From a virus (taxonomy: Duplodnaviria; Heunggongvirae; Uroviricota; Caudoviricetes), in IMG/VR virus record IMGVR_UViG_3300044295_000252, positions 2,682 to 66,681 of that record: a DNA stretch of 64,000 nucleotides. One strand, written 5' to 3'. The first letter of the stretch is position 1. Every line of letters starts with the position of its first letter. The translations under genes were made by a program, and so were the position numbers. The notes below the pieces were generated by a model, which did not search any database, was not told the origin of the DNA, and saw only the letters and a program-made list of their open reading frames with translations. This document shows, piece by piece, positions 28,259 to 36,846 of the stretch.

Positions 28259-28827
28259 TGCAGTTTATACAGGATCTACATGAAGCTAGGCTGTTTAGAT
28301 ATCAGGACAGCTTTGACGGCAAACGCATAAGTGATATGAGTACTGCACTATATCTCATGTTATTAATGATAGAAGTTCTACGTAGATACGACGACAAATA
28401 CGCGGTGCATTATTGCCAACAAACTTATACGTTGGGTAATTTTGACGGAATTCGCAGCTATGCTACCGACACTCATAACCTCATTGCAGTATTAAACAAC
28501 GAACGATATCAGAAGAAAATGCTACAGGATAAGCGTATATTCGTGCCGGAATTTGCATTACGACGCTATTTTAGGGATGTAATGTGGGGATCACGGGAGC
28601 ATTTTTTCAATAGAAGTTTTTTCATACAGTTAAGTACAGACCTAGCAGTAAGCGACAGCGGTGTAAAAACTGCAAGACGCAACATTATTGACTATAGCGA
28701 CGTAACTCAACAAGTATATTGGGATACGGCAGAGCGTATAAATCGTAAACTTAACGATTTTGCATTTAATACCGACATTCAGTGGTACTATAAAACTGAG
28801 GTCAGACAGCATATTCCACACAGTTAG
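28255..28827 (+). CDS. Hypothetical protein, possible internal head protein
   Basis: 190-aa ORF; N-terminal FIQDLHEAR contains an LxE prohead-protease-like site. Confidence 0.6.
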   Translation: MMQFIQDLHEARLFRYQDSFDGKRISDMSTALYLMLLMIEVLRRYDDKYAVHYCQQTYTLGNFDGIRSYATDTHNLIAVLNNERYQKKMLQDKRIFVPEFALRRYFRDVMWGSREHFFNRSFFIQLSTDLAVSDSGVKTARRNIIDYSDVTQQVYWDTAERINRKLNDFAFNTDIQWYYKTEVRQHIPHS

Positions 28828-28848
28828 AAGCTGTTTTTGATTGCCAGA

Positions 28849-28856
28849 CATAAATA
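28849..28856 (+). promoter_or_regulatory. Late-type promoter CATAAATA
   Basis: Intergenic; followed by a cUACGg hairpin (28864-84) and SD AAGGAG. Confidence 0.6.
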
Positions 28857-28904
28857 AAATTAAGAGCAATCTACGGATTAGCTCACAATTTAAGGAGAAA
28901 TATT

Positions 28905-29381
28905 ATGGCAATCGGAGTAACTAAAGTAAATGCAAACGCACTAGGCGTTGTAGCAGTTGATGAAAGCGCACTCAGTGCAAGTTTTTCGGCCACACGTGGT
29001 GGTGATCAGTCCAGTGCAGTAACGCACTTCACTGTTAGCCGCAACCCAACCTTCGTAGCAATCGTTATCAAGAACGGTTCCAGCGAAGCTATTGACATCA
29101 GTAACGAAATGGATGTCAATGAGTCAGTTGAAGCAGTCCTACGTGTTTGCGCAGAAAATGCAAGCATCCTGGGCTATCAAGTTGAAGCAAGTGGCGGCCA
29201 AATCAGCGTTATGCTAGAAGGTCCACACACCCAAAGCACCTATGGTGCACTGGGCACATCAAGCTTTGCAACTGATCTTCAGTCACGCATTCAAGCTTTG
29301 GGCACAGCAGTTGGTGCAAACAGCATTGACGTAAGCGGCAGCACTGTTACCAACGTTGCATTTAAATTGGCACTAAGCTAA
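28905..29381 (+). CDS. Probable abundant virion structural protein (158 aa)
   Basis: Has its own late promoter, a strong SD and its own terminator; A/S/V/G-rich. Confidence 0.6.
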   Translation: MAIGVTKVNANALGVVAVDESALSASFSATRGGDQSSAVTHFTVSRNPTFVAIVIKNGSSEAIDISNEMDVNESVEAVLRVCAENASILGYQVEASGGQISVMLEGPHTQSTYGALGTSSFATDLQSRIQALGTAVGANSIDVSGSTVTNVAFKLALS

Positions 29382-29391
29382 TTTATTTGTC

Positions 29392-29399
29392 ACTAAATA
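29392..29399 (+). promoter_or_regulatory. Late-type promoter ACTAAATA abutting a terminator
   Basis: Immediately 5' of the terminator stem. Confidence 0.45.
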
Positions 29400-29425
29400 A
29401 AAGGCAGCATACGTGCTGCCTTTTT
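29399..29425 (+). terminator. Intrinsic terminator
   Basis: AAAAGGCAGCA-TACG-TGCTGCCTTTTT: perfect stem with a U tract. Confidence 0.85.
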
Positions 29426-29432
29426 CAGCCTT

Positions 29433-29879
29433 ATGCATCTCAAAAGTCTTTGGCGCGATGACCGAATAATAGAAGTACCCATAGCCAAGTTGAGTCCAAC
29501 AACGGTACACGCCAACGACCGACACCGAACAAAAACCACACCAACTATAGCAACACAAGGACTTTATTACCCAATTTGTTGTGTGAGATTTACTGCCATG
29601 GAATGGGTGCGCCGTGTGGTGTATGGCACAAACAAAGACTCAGCATCAAGGCTATATCCACCAGTGATAAATGAAGACAATTTTATCTGGGCCGTCAAAA
29701 TGGGCTGTAATCGCTGGCATAGTGCGAGAGAACTGGGCTATACCAGTATAGATTGCATATTTTTCAACCACACAGATGGTGCAGTAAAATTGGCACGTTG
29801 GTATGAACAGTGTGATCCATTACACACGCAGGGCACTGACAAGTTTCGTCCGTATGCAGATACTTTTAGCTATATATAG
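29433..29879 (+). CDS. Hypothetical protein, possible ParB/Srx-like domain
   Basis: IIEVPIAKL...GCNRWHSARELGYTSIDC resembles the ParB-N G.xR..A..LG motif. Confidence 0.45.
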   Translation: MHLKSLWRDDRIIEVPIAKLSPTTVHANDRHRTKTTPTIATQGLYYPICCVRFTAMEWVRRVVYGTNKDSASRLYPPVINEDNFIWAVKMGCNRWHSARELGYTSIDCIFFNHTDGAVKLARWYEQCDPLHTQGTDKFRPYADTFSYI

Positions 29880-29900
29880 ATATACTGAAAGAACTGCAGG

Positions 29901-30371
29901 GTGTCACAAAATATTATTGCTTGTTTTACGTTAATTGATATCAGCCAAACGAATACGATACGACCATTTAAACACACAGTTTCTTCCTGTGTTGATGCCG
30001 TGGGCCAACCTATAAACAACACAGCCAGCTGGACTATTAGTAGGAATAAACAACGCAACTGGGAAACATTATTACAGACCATTAGTTTACGAACACAGAT
30101 AGACAATATACAGATACTGCCGGCTAATAAATGCGATATTGCCCAATATAAGTTTGGCAAAGGCTATACCGGATTACAAACGGTTTGGGCATTTAGATTT
30201 AGCGTAGAGTATGCAGAAGTATTTGATAAAAATGGTTTGAGATTGGCTGCATTAACGGAAGATGTAAATAATGTGCCCTGCATATTAGATCTCACAGAAA
30301 CAGTAAAGATTCCCAAAGCCATGTTTATAACGCAGGGCAAATATTTAAATACATACTTTGAATTTGTCTGA
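29901..30371 (+). CDS. Hypothetical protein (156 aa)
   Basis: ORF fills the gap, GTG start; no motif recognised. Confidence 0.6.
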   Translation: MSQNIIACFTLIDISQTNTIRPFKHTVSSCVDAVGQPINNTASWTISRNKQRNWETLLQTISLRTQIDNIQILPANKCDIAQYKFGKGYTGLQTVWAFRFSVEYAEVFDKNGLRLAALTEDVNNVPCILDLTETVKIPKAMFITQGKYLNTYFEFV

Positions 30372-30374
30372 AAA

Positions 30375-30382
30375 CATAAATA
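30375..30382 (+). promoter_or_regulatory. Late-type promoter CATAAATA
   Basis: Intergenic, upstream of the repeat leader. Confidence 0.55.
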
Positions 30383-30389
30383 CTAAACA

Positions 30390-30439
30390 TTGGCTCACAT
30401 ATTGGCTCTTTAGGCTCATTTTGGCACATTAGGCTCAGC
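30390..30439 (+). repeat. Five direct (T/A)GGC(T/A)C repeats at about 10-nt spacing
   Basis: TTGGCTCACA, TTGGCTCTTT, TAGGCTCATT, TTGGCACATT, TAGGCTCAGC; GGC at 30392, 30404, 30413, 30423, 30432. Confidence 0.8.
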
Positions 30440-30464
30440 AGTACTTTCACTGGGATAGGACTTT

Positions 30465-30782
30465 ATGTCTACGGAAATAGAGCGTAAAAGCCTCGAAGCA
30501 CACGTTGAATTGTGTGCGGAAAGGTACAAACAGATGCACGACAAATTAGACTCGCTAGAACAAAGAACTAGCACCATAGAGACTATTCTCAATGACATCA
30601 AGTCCAAAGTATTCAGCGCGGAAAACAAAAACACTGAACGCTTGCTGAAGTGGAGCACTGCCATTATTGCATTTTTAATTACATTAATTATTGGCTTTGG
30701 TGGCCATTATGTAAATAGACTGGAACGCAGTTTAGAACATATAGACATTAAATCCGATCAAACTCATGACGCTAAAAAGTGA
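30465..30782 (+). CDS. Coiled-coil protein with one predicted TM helix
   Basis: SLEAHVELCAERY..coiled coil..WSTAIIAFLITLIIGFGG hydrophobic stretch. Confidence 0.65.
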   Translation: MSTEIERKSLEAHVELCAERYKQMHDKLDSLEQRTSTIETILNDIKSKVFSAENKNTERLLKWSTAIIAFLITLIIGFGGHYVNRLERSLEHIDIKSDQTHDAKK

Positions 30783-31257
30783 AATTGCAGCCAGTGTAGA
30801 TAAGGTAACACGATTTGCACTTGACGAATTGAATCGTTGGCAAAGCAGTCAGTCAGAACTATTGAGTTTTAATGCGGCTAATGGTAAGGCCTTATATATT
30901 AAAGATTGGCAAATAAAAACTCATTCACCAGATACTGTATCCTGTATGAAACGACAGCTAGACCCAATAATTTTCCACAGCAAAACTTGTGCAATTATAT
31001 ACGTAGTTAATGATCTACGTGGTCACATTATGAACACTATAAAAATACAAGAATTAGACGAGCAAATCTACAGATTCAGAATAAAGTTGGATATTTTACG
31101 CATGAAAATGCAACGACAGCGTAAAAGTGGGTACACTGACAAGTTTATGATGCTACAGGATCGTTACAGTGATACAGCGGTCAAGCTCAACAATACTATT
31201 GCTAAAATCAAAAAATATTGTAACTTAACTAAATATAATAAAGGAATTTTGTTATGA
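30766..31257 (+). CDS. Hypothetical protein (163 aa)
   Basis: Overlaps both neighbours, as typical of coupled phage genes. Confidence 0.55.
   Translation: MTLKSEIAASVDKVTRFALDELNRWQSSQSELLSFNAANGKALYIKDWQIKTHSPDTVSCMKRQLDPIIFHSKTCAIIYVVNDLRGHIMNTIKIQELDEQIYRFRIKLDILRMKMQRQRKSGYTDKFMMLQDRYSDTAVKLNNTIAKIKKYCNLTKYNKGILL
31228..31235 (+). promoter_or_regulatory. Late-type promoter ACTAAATA
   Basis: Upstream of SD AAGGA and ATG 31254. Confidence 0.45.
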
Positions 31258-31943
31258 AATTAGCGGACTTAAAATCATATAGTACTGGCCACTTAAATCG
31301 TAGGCTACAACAAAAATACGGATTTGGTATCAAAACTACCAATCTCAGTGAAAGCCGTGCACGTCAGCTTTTAACCAAAGTTGAAGAAAGCATTGTAGCT
31401 TATAAAAAAACACATGGTCATCTTAATAGTGAAAAGAACAGTCACTATACAGAGCTATTGTTGATGCGCGACGGTTTAACCAATTGGTTACGTGAGAACG
31501 GCGTCAAAGTTGGACGTGTCTTGCGTGAGGGCGAGCTAGAACAAGCTCAGACCAAATTAGCCGCCAAGGATCTAGTTGATCGTATACAGAAAATGGTAGA
31601 GGAAGTCAGCAGTATGCTGAACGAAGATCTACCACCGCTAACTGATAGTATGCGCGACCAGTTGGGCGGAGATCAAGCTGCTACGTTTAACAGCACTGTA
31701 AACCAAACACTATCTGCTTTATTGGATGCCGCTAAACAAACACGTCAAGCAATTGATGATGCTGCACGTATGGCAGCAGGCGAGCAAGCTGCTCCTATGG
31801 CAATGCCTGGTGGCGCAGCTGGTGCTGAAATGCCCGCCGCTCCTGGTGCAGACTTGGGTGCAGAAGAACCTGCAGGTGATGAACAAGCTGCCGCAGATGC
31901 AGCCGCAGGCGGCGCCGCAGAGCTAGGTCGCGAAGCACGTTAA
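31254..31943 (+). CDS. Probable prohead core/scaffold-like protein
   Basis: Helical, with an acidic Ala/Pro/Gly-rich tail and several LxE sites (LSE, LRE twice); late promoter. Confidence 0.5.
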   Translation: MKLADLKSYSTGHLNRRLQQKYGFGIKTTNLSESRARQLLTKVEESIVAYKKTHGHLNSEKNSHYTELLLMRDGLTNWLRENGVKVGRVLREGELEQAQTKLAAKDLVDRIQKMVEEVSSMLNEDLPPLTDSMRDQLGGDQAATFNSTVNQTLSALLDAAKQTRQAIDDAARMAAGEQAAPMAMPGGAAGAEMPAAPGADLGAEEPAGDEQAAADAAAGGAAELGREAR

Positions 31944-31944
31944 T

Positions 31945-32325
31945 ATGCGATTTAGAGAGTTCGCAGTCCCACTGTTTGAAGACGACTCTTCAGTTGTTGC
32001 AGCGGGACTGGCCAACTTTATTCAACATAGGTGGAATGACTTTGCAGAAAAAGGTAGTATGCCCACAAGTCAGTTTATACACATGGTACAAAACTGGGAT
32101 ATACCTATTACCTTTGACATACTGCAAACCATGCGCGATGATCCAGAAAGTCCACTTAATAAACTTATAGCCAATTTGACAAAGGATACCATAACTTTTG
32201 GTGCAAAAGGCGATGAAACCGAATCAGCACCAGAGGATACAGCTCAGGCTCCAGCTGGCGATGCGGTTGCCCCGGAAATCAAAGTTGCTCAAATGGCTAA
32301 TAGGGCCTTGAATAATAGGCAATAA
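31945..32325 (+). CDS. Hypothetical, possible internal head protein
   Basis: Starts MRFREF..LFE, resembling the T4 capsid-targeting sequence. Confidence 0.55.
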   Translation: MRFREFAVPLFEDDSSVVAAGLANFIQHRWNDFAEKGSMPTSQFIHMVQNWDIPITFDILQTMRDDPESPLNKLIANLTKDTITFGAKGDETESAPEDTAQAPAGDAVAPEIKVAQMANRALNNRQ

Positions 32326-32336
32326 TCATATATAAT
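32308..32336 (+). promoter_or_regulatory. Sigma70-like promoter TTGAAT-N17-TATAAT
   Basis: Upstream of the exonuclease gene. Confidence 0.55.
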
Positions 32337-32356
32337 AACTTTTTAAGGTTATTATT

Positions 32357-33040
32357 TTGTTAATACAACGCTACGATTATAAAGCAATTTCACGCAAGAC
32401 AGAGGATGGGAAACGGCATTATTGTTTGCCGGATGGCAGCAAAGTTCCGTCAGTTACTACTATACTTGAAGCCACTAAACCAGAATCCAGCAAAAAAGCA
32501 TTGTTTGAATGGCGTCGGCGAGTAGGCGAAAAACAAGCGCAGGAAATAACTACAGAAGCGGCTAGTCGTGGTACACGTATGCATACCTACTTGGAACATT
32601 ACGTGAAAGACGGACAATTACGAGCTGCTGGAAGCAATCCCTACGCTCAACAAAGCCACAAAATGGCTGAAATAGTGATCAAAGAAGGACTAGCCAATGC
32701 CACAGAAATTTGGGGCATGGAAGTACCGCTGTATTGCTCTGGTCTTTATGCTGGTACTTCAGACTGCGTAGGACTATGGAAAACAAAACCTGCTATTTTG
32801 GATTTTAAACAAACGAATAAACCAAAAAAACGCGAATGGATTGAGGATTATTTCTTACAACTAGCGGCCTATGCCCTGGCACACAACGAAACGCACGGCA
32901 CCGATATAAAGAATGGCGTGATACTAATGTGCAGCAAGGATTTTCAGTTTCAGCAGTTTGAAATAACTGATACCGAATTCCAAAAATATATTGATGCTTG
33001 GCTAAACCGAGTAGAGCAATATTACCGCATAAATACATAG
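32357..33040 (+). CDS. PD-(D/E)XK exonuclease (MGME1/Cas4-like)
   Basis: VPSVTTIL, RGTRMH..LE and YAGTSD..ILDFKQT...DYFLQLAAYA motifs. Confidence 0.8.
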   Translation: MLIQRYDYKAISRKTEDGKRHYCLPDGSKVPSVTTILEATKPESSKKALFEWRRRVGEKQAQEITTEAASRGTRMHTYLEHYVKDGQLRAAGSNPYAQQSHKMAEIVIKEGLANATEIWGMEVPLYCSGLYAGTSDCVGLWKTKPAILDFKQTNKPKKREWIEDYFLQLAAYALAHNETHGTDIKNGVILMCSKDFQFQQFEITDTEFQKYIDAWLNRVEQYYRINT

Positions 33041-33062
33041 ATAACAGAGGATATTATCTATG
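33028..33062 (+). promoter_or_regulatory. Late promoter CATAAATA plus a perfect 9-bp hairpin covering the ATG
   Basis: CATAGATAA (33036-44) pairs with TTATCTATG (33054-62); GAGG lies in the loop. Confidence 0.65.
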
Positions 33063-34688
33063 GCCATAGTAAGTATTAGCCAAATCAAACATAGACGAGG
33101 CAGTTTAGACGATCTACCGCAATTAGCCAGCGGTGAATTAGGTTGGGCCATAGATGCTCGAAGATTGTTTATAGGCAATGGTGCAACTACAGAAGGTGCG
33201 CCCGAGATAGGCAATACGGAAATCCTAACTGAATACAGCGATGTTCTAGCCTTATTGTATACCTATACCTATAAGGGAACAAGCGCAGGTTACACCGCTA
33301 GTACTGGTATAGACGCAAATGATCCCACAGTTCGCAGTATACAACAAAAGCTGGACGACTTTGTCAGCGTAAAAGACTTTGGTGCTACGGGTGATGGTAC
33401 TACGGATGATACTGCCGCTATAAACAGAGCACTGTATGACCTTTATTGCAGAAGCGGTAACCTAATTAGTCCAACCCAAGTAAGACGCGCTTTGTATTTT
33501 CCAGCAGGTACTTATATTGTATCAGCTGAGGTTAAAATTCCTCCCTATGCGACTTTGCGTGGTGACGGTTTAGACTGCACAGTAATAAAACAAATTACGG
33601 CAGCCACAGTTGTAGCTAAAGTCAGTGACAGTTTACAGCAGGTTGACACTAATCAGGGTAATAACAGCGCAACAAAAAGTCGATATATTGAAATTAGTGG
33701 CATCACATTTAAACAAACCGACGCACTGGCAGGTGATCCTGCGTCTTACACAAACATTGAAGATGTATTTTTAATTAGTACAGGATCACAAATATCATTC
33801 ACTGATTGTAAGTTTGAAGGTCCTTTTGTTAATCATTCAACAACAAGTTATATTAACTTGCCCAATCCACAAGGTACTAGTAACAAAGCCTGCTTTAGTT
33901 TGAATTCTCCTACTGCCGCTAATGGCACAACCTATAATGTTTCATTTAAGCGTTGTGAATTTAGCAGCCATACCTATGGGGCGAGAATCAACAATACAGT
34001 CTACAACGTGGTATTTGATCAATGTTACTTTGCTTACTTGTACAGCGGTGTGCAGGTTGGAACCGATCCACGCGGAGTGAAAGTATGTGGTAGTTTGTTT
34101 GACAGTATTTATGGTCAAGCAGTTTATAGTTCGGCACCGGGTACTGCCTGTGTATACAACACATATCTTGACGTGGGAACAAACTTTTTAGGTATTAATT
34201 CGGTCACTGCGGTCACTGCCGTAGTTGAATTCAATGCGAATGATTGTTCAAGTTTAGGTGATTATTTTGCACGAGTCGATGCAGCCACCAGTACTTACCC
34301 ACGCATTCAATATAACAGTTATGTGGATTATTCTGTAATTGCAGGAAAGTTTATACAATACGGTAACTACTACGAGGAATCTGGCAAACAGGCGGTTATT
34401 GGTGACAATGCAAGTGGTACTTTGGTCAGTTTTGATTCAACCAAAGTAAGTGGCGCTTTCATTGAATATGTATTAACCAGAGGTACGACAGCAGCAAAAA
34501 CTGGCACCATATATCTAAGCGTATTTAATGGAAACCCAGCAATCAACGATGTTGCGCAAAATAATGGTACTAATCCAAATGTTACTTTTTCAACTAGCAT
34601 AGTTAGCACTACCTGTAATCTTACATATTCTTCCTCAAACAGTCTGGGTGCAACAACAATAAAATACCGAATTAAATATTTCATATAG
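33060..34688 (+). CDS. Tailspike-like protein (Mtd-N-like domain plus pectate-lyase-like beta-helix)
   Basis: QIKHRRG...LASGELGWAID..RLFIGNG followed by FVSVKDFGATGDGTTDDTAAINRAL...LYFPAGTY. Confidence 0.75.
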   Translation: MAIVSISQIKHRRGSLDDLPQLASGELGWAIDARRLFIGNGATTEGAPEIGNTEILTEYSDVLALLYTYTYKGTSAGYTASTGIDANDPTVRSIQQKLDDFVSVKDFGATGDGTTDDTAAINRALYDLYCRSGNLISPTQVRRALYFPAGTYIVSAEVKIPPYATLRGDGLDCTVIKQITAATVVAKVSDSLQQVDTNQGNNSATKSRYIEISGITFKQTDALAGDPASYTNIEDVFLISTGSQISFTDCKFEGPFVNHSTTSYINLPNPQGTSNKACFSLNSPTAANGTTYNVSFKRCEFSSHTYGARINNTVYNVVFDQCYFAYLYSGVQVGTDPRGVKVCGSLFDSIYGQAVYSSAPGTACVYNTYLDVGTNFLGINSVTAVTAVVEFNANDCSSLGDYFARVDAATSTYPRIQYNSYVDYSVIAGKFIQYGNYYEESGKQAVIGDNASGTLVSFDSTKVSGAFIEYVLTRGTTAAKTGTIYLSVFNGNPAINDVAQNNGTNPNVTFSTSIVSTTCNLTYSSSNSLGATTIKYRIKYFI

Positions 34689-34696
34689 AGGTATAG

Positions 34697-35155
34697 TTGA
34701 AGGATTTAATTTGGTATCAAAAGTCGGACCAACGACTTGCTGCGTGGCGTGAACTACGTCAAGAAATTAATACTATACCATTAGATGCAGCATTATGCCG
34801 CGTCAGTGAGTTTTGGAGTTTTGCCCCCTACGTTACATACTATCTTGATCCTGCGCGACCTCAGGATTGGCCAGACCCGTGGCTATTATTGAGCGAAAAT
34901 TACTACTGCGATCTAGCAAAAACACTGGGAATATTTTATACTATTGCCTTAACAGATCATGGCGTTAATGACTTAAAACTGCGTATTTTATATGATATCA
35001 ATCGTAAAGAACAGATCAATATAGTTGTTGTTAATAATAAACAGGTTATAAATTATCACTTTGCTGAGGTTGTAAATACAGATGTCATTGCGCAGGACAC
35101 AAGTGTAAAATACAGCTACGATGCAGCGGTTTTAAAAATTTCAGATTACAAGTAA
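34697..35155 (+). CDS. Hypothetical protein, weakly transglutaminase-like
   Basis: WPDPWLLL.ENYYCDLAKTLG resembles the catalytic-Cys region of transglutaminase-like proteases; TTG start with SD GAGG. Confidence 0.5.
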   Translation: MKDLIWYQKSDQRLAAWRELRQEINTIPLDAALCRVSEFWSFAPYVTYYLDPARPQDWPDPWLLLSENYYCDLAKTLGIFYTIALTDHGVNDLKLRILYDINRKEQINIVVVNNKQVINYHFAEVVNTDVIAQDTSVKYSYDAAVLKISDYK

Positions 35156-35167
35156 TGGAGTAAATCA

Positions 35168-36805
35168 ATGAGTCAACAAATACAAGTCACAAAAAGAAAT
35201 GGCAGTAAGGAATCACTAGAGCTAGAAAAACTTCACAAAGTAGTTTTTTGGGCAACGGAAAACCTAAATAATGTAAGCGCAAGTGAAGTTGAAATTAAAA
35301 GTCATATACAGTTTTACAACGGAATAAAAACAAGAGACATTCAGGAAACACTGATCAAAAGTGCAGCAGACTTAATTGATGAAGATCATCCTAATTACCA
35401 ATACGTAGCCGGTAGATTAATTAACTATAATTTGCGTAAGGAAGTATATGGTGATATTACTCCATGGCCACTAGTTAAACTAATAAAACGCAATGTAGAG
35501 ATAGGTTACTATGACAGCGAAATATTAGACAGTTACAGCACGGACGAACTATCAGAATTGGGCGAATACATTGATCATGAGCGTGATATGAAGTTTACGT
35601 ATGCTGCAATGGAACAATGGCGTGGCAAATACTTGGTAAAAAATCGTGTTACCAGTGAGATGTATGAAACACCACAAGTGGCATATATGTTGATCGCAGC
35701 CACACTTTTTGCAAAATATCCCAAAGAAACCAGACTGCGTTGGGTTAAAGATTATTACGATGCGGTTAGCCAACACTTTATTAGTTTGCCTACTCCCATG
35801 ATGGCAGGTCTACGTACACCACAGCGACAGTTCAGTAGTTGTGTACTAATTGAAACCGACGACAGTTTGGATAGCATCAGTGCTACTAGCGCCAGCATCG
35901 TTCGATACGTAAGCCAAAAAGCAGGGATTGGCATTGGTGGTGGTCGTATTCGAGCATTAGGATCACCAATACGCAAGGGCGATGCTTTTCACACAGGGGT
36001 AATACCATTTTACAAAGTTTTCCAAGCAGCTACTCGCAGTTGCAGTCAGGGTGGTGTACGCAATGGTGCAGCTACATTGTACTATCCAATTTGGCACTTG
36101 GAAGTTGAGGATTTGTTGGTATTGAAAAACAATAAAGGTACCGAAGACAATCGCATTCGCCACATGGATTATGGTGTTCAATTTAATAAATTGATGTATG
36201 AACGTTTGCTTACTGGTGGCGATATTACGTTATTCAGTCCACATGATGTACCTGAAATGTATGATGCTTTCTTTGCGGATCAGGAGCGATTTAAAGAACT
36301 ATATGAACGTGCCGAACGCAATACAAAACTAAAAAAGAAAACAGTTCGTGCACTAGATTTATTTTCGGCATTCATGAACGAGCGCAAGGATACAGGGCGC
36401 ATTTATTTGATGAACGTAGATCATGCCAATACTCACAGCAGTTTCCTATCCGAACATGCACCAGTTAGGATGTCCAATCTTTGCTGTGTAGATGGTGACA
36501 CTCAAGTAACGTTTATGCACGAGGACGGAAAAATAGAGCAGATGTCAGTATCAAGTGCTGTTGAAAGATTCGAATTGGGAAATTTGACAAATTCAAAGAT
36601 TAAGAGTTTTGTGGCTGGAAAAGTCTCTTGGGAAGATATTTCAGCAGCGATTAAAACGAAAACGGTTACCGAACTTTACGAGATTGCGGATGAGTGCGGA
36701 AACATTTTGAGATGCACCGGTGATCATTTAGTTTTTACCAAAAATCGAGGGTATGTTCGTGCTGATGAATTAAGAGAAACCGACGAGCTATGCGTTGAAA
36801 TTTGA
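35168..36805 (+). CDS. nrdA: Class Ia RNR alpha subunit, N-terminal half, fused to split-intein IntN
   Basis: ATP cone (IQVTKRNG), SLPTP, QFSSCVLI, GGVRNGA and SNLC; then CVDGDT begins an intein and the ORF stops. Confidence 0.92.
   Translation: MSQQIQVTKRNGSKESLELEKLHKVVFWATENLNNVSASEVEIKSHIQFYNGIKTRDIQETLIKSAADLIDEDHPNYQYVAGRLINYNLRKEVYGDITPWPLVKLIKRNVEIGYYDSEILDSYSTDELSELGEYIDHERDMKFTYAAMEQWRGKYLVKNRVTSEMYETPQVAYMLIAATLFAKYPKETRLRWVKDYYDAVSQHFISLPTPMMAGLRTPQRQFSSCVLIETDDSLDSISATSASIVRYVSQKAGIGIGGGRIRALGSPIRKGDAFHTGVIPFYKVFQAATRSCSQGGVRNGAATLYYPIWHLEVEDLLVLKNNKGTEDNRIRHMDYGVQFNKLMYERLLTGGDITLFSPHDVPEMYDAFFADQERFKELYERAERNTKLKKKTVRALDLFSAFMNERKDTGRIYLMNVDHANTHSSFLSEHAPVRMSNLCCVDGDTQVTFMHEDGKIEQMSVSSAVERFELGNLTNSKIKSFVAGKVSWEDISAAIKTKTVTELYEIADECGNILRCTGDHLVFTKNRGYVRADELRETDELCVEI
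36485..36802 (+). mobile_element. Split intein N-fragment (106 aa)
   Basis: Cys1 CVDGDT; block B CTGDHLVFTKNRGYVRADEL; no endonuclease domain; in-frame TGA at 36803-05. Confidence 0.9.
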
Positions 36806-36813
36806 TTACCAAG

Positions 36814-36846
36814 TATAAATATACATGTGGAGGAACCATATGTATA
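36814..36846 (+). promoter_or_regulatory. Late promoter TATAAATA plus an 11-bp hairpin hiding the endonuclease SD and ATG
   Basis: TATACATGTGG (36820-30) pairs with CCATATGTATA (36836-46), one G-U pair. Confidence 0.75.

Noticed and set aside
36825-36839. ORF-track start of the HNH gene (MWRNH)
   Set aside because: It overlaps the SD GGAGG, which is correctly spaced for ATG 36840.
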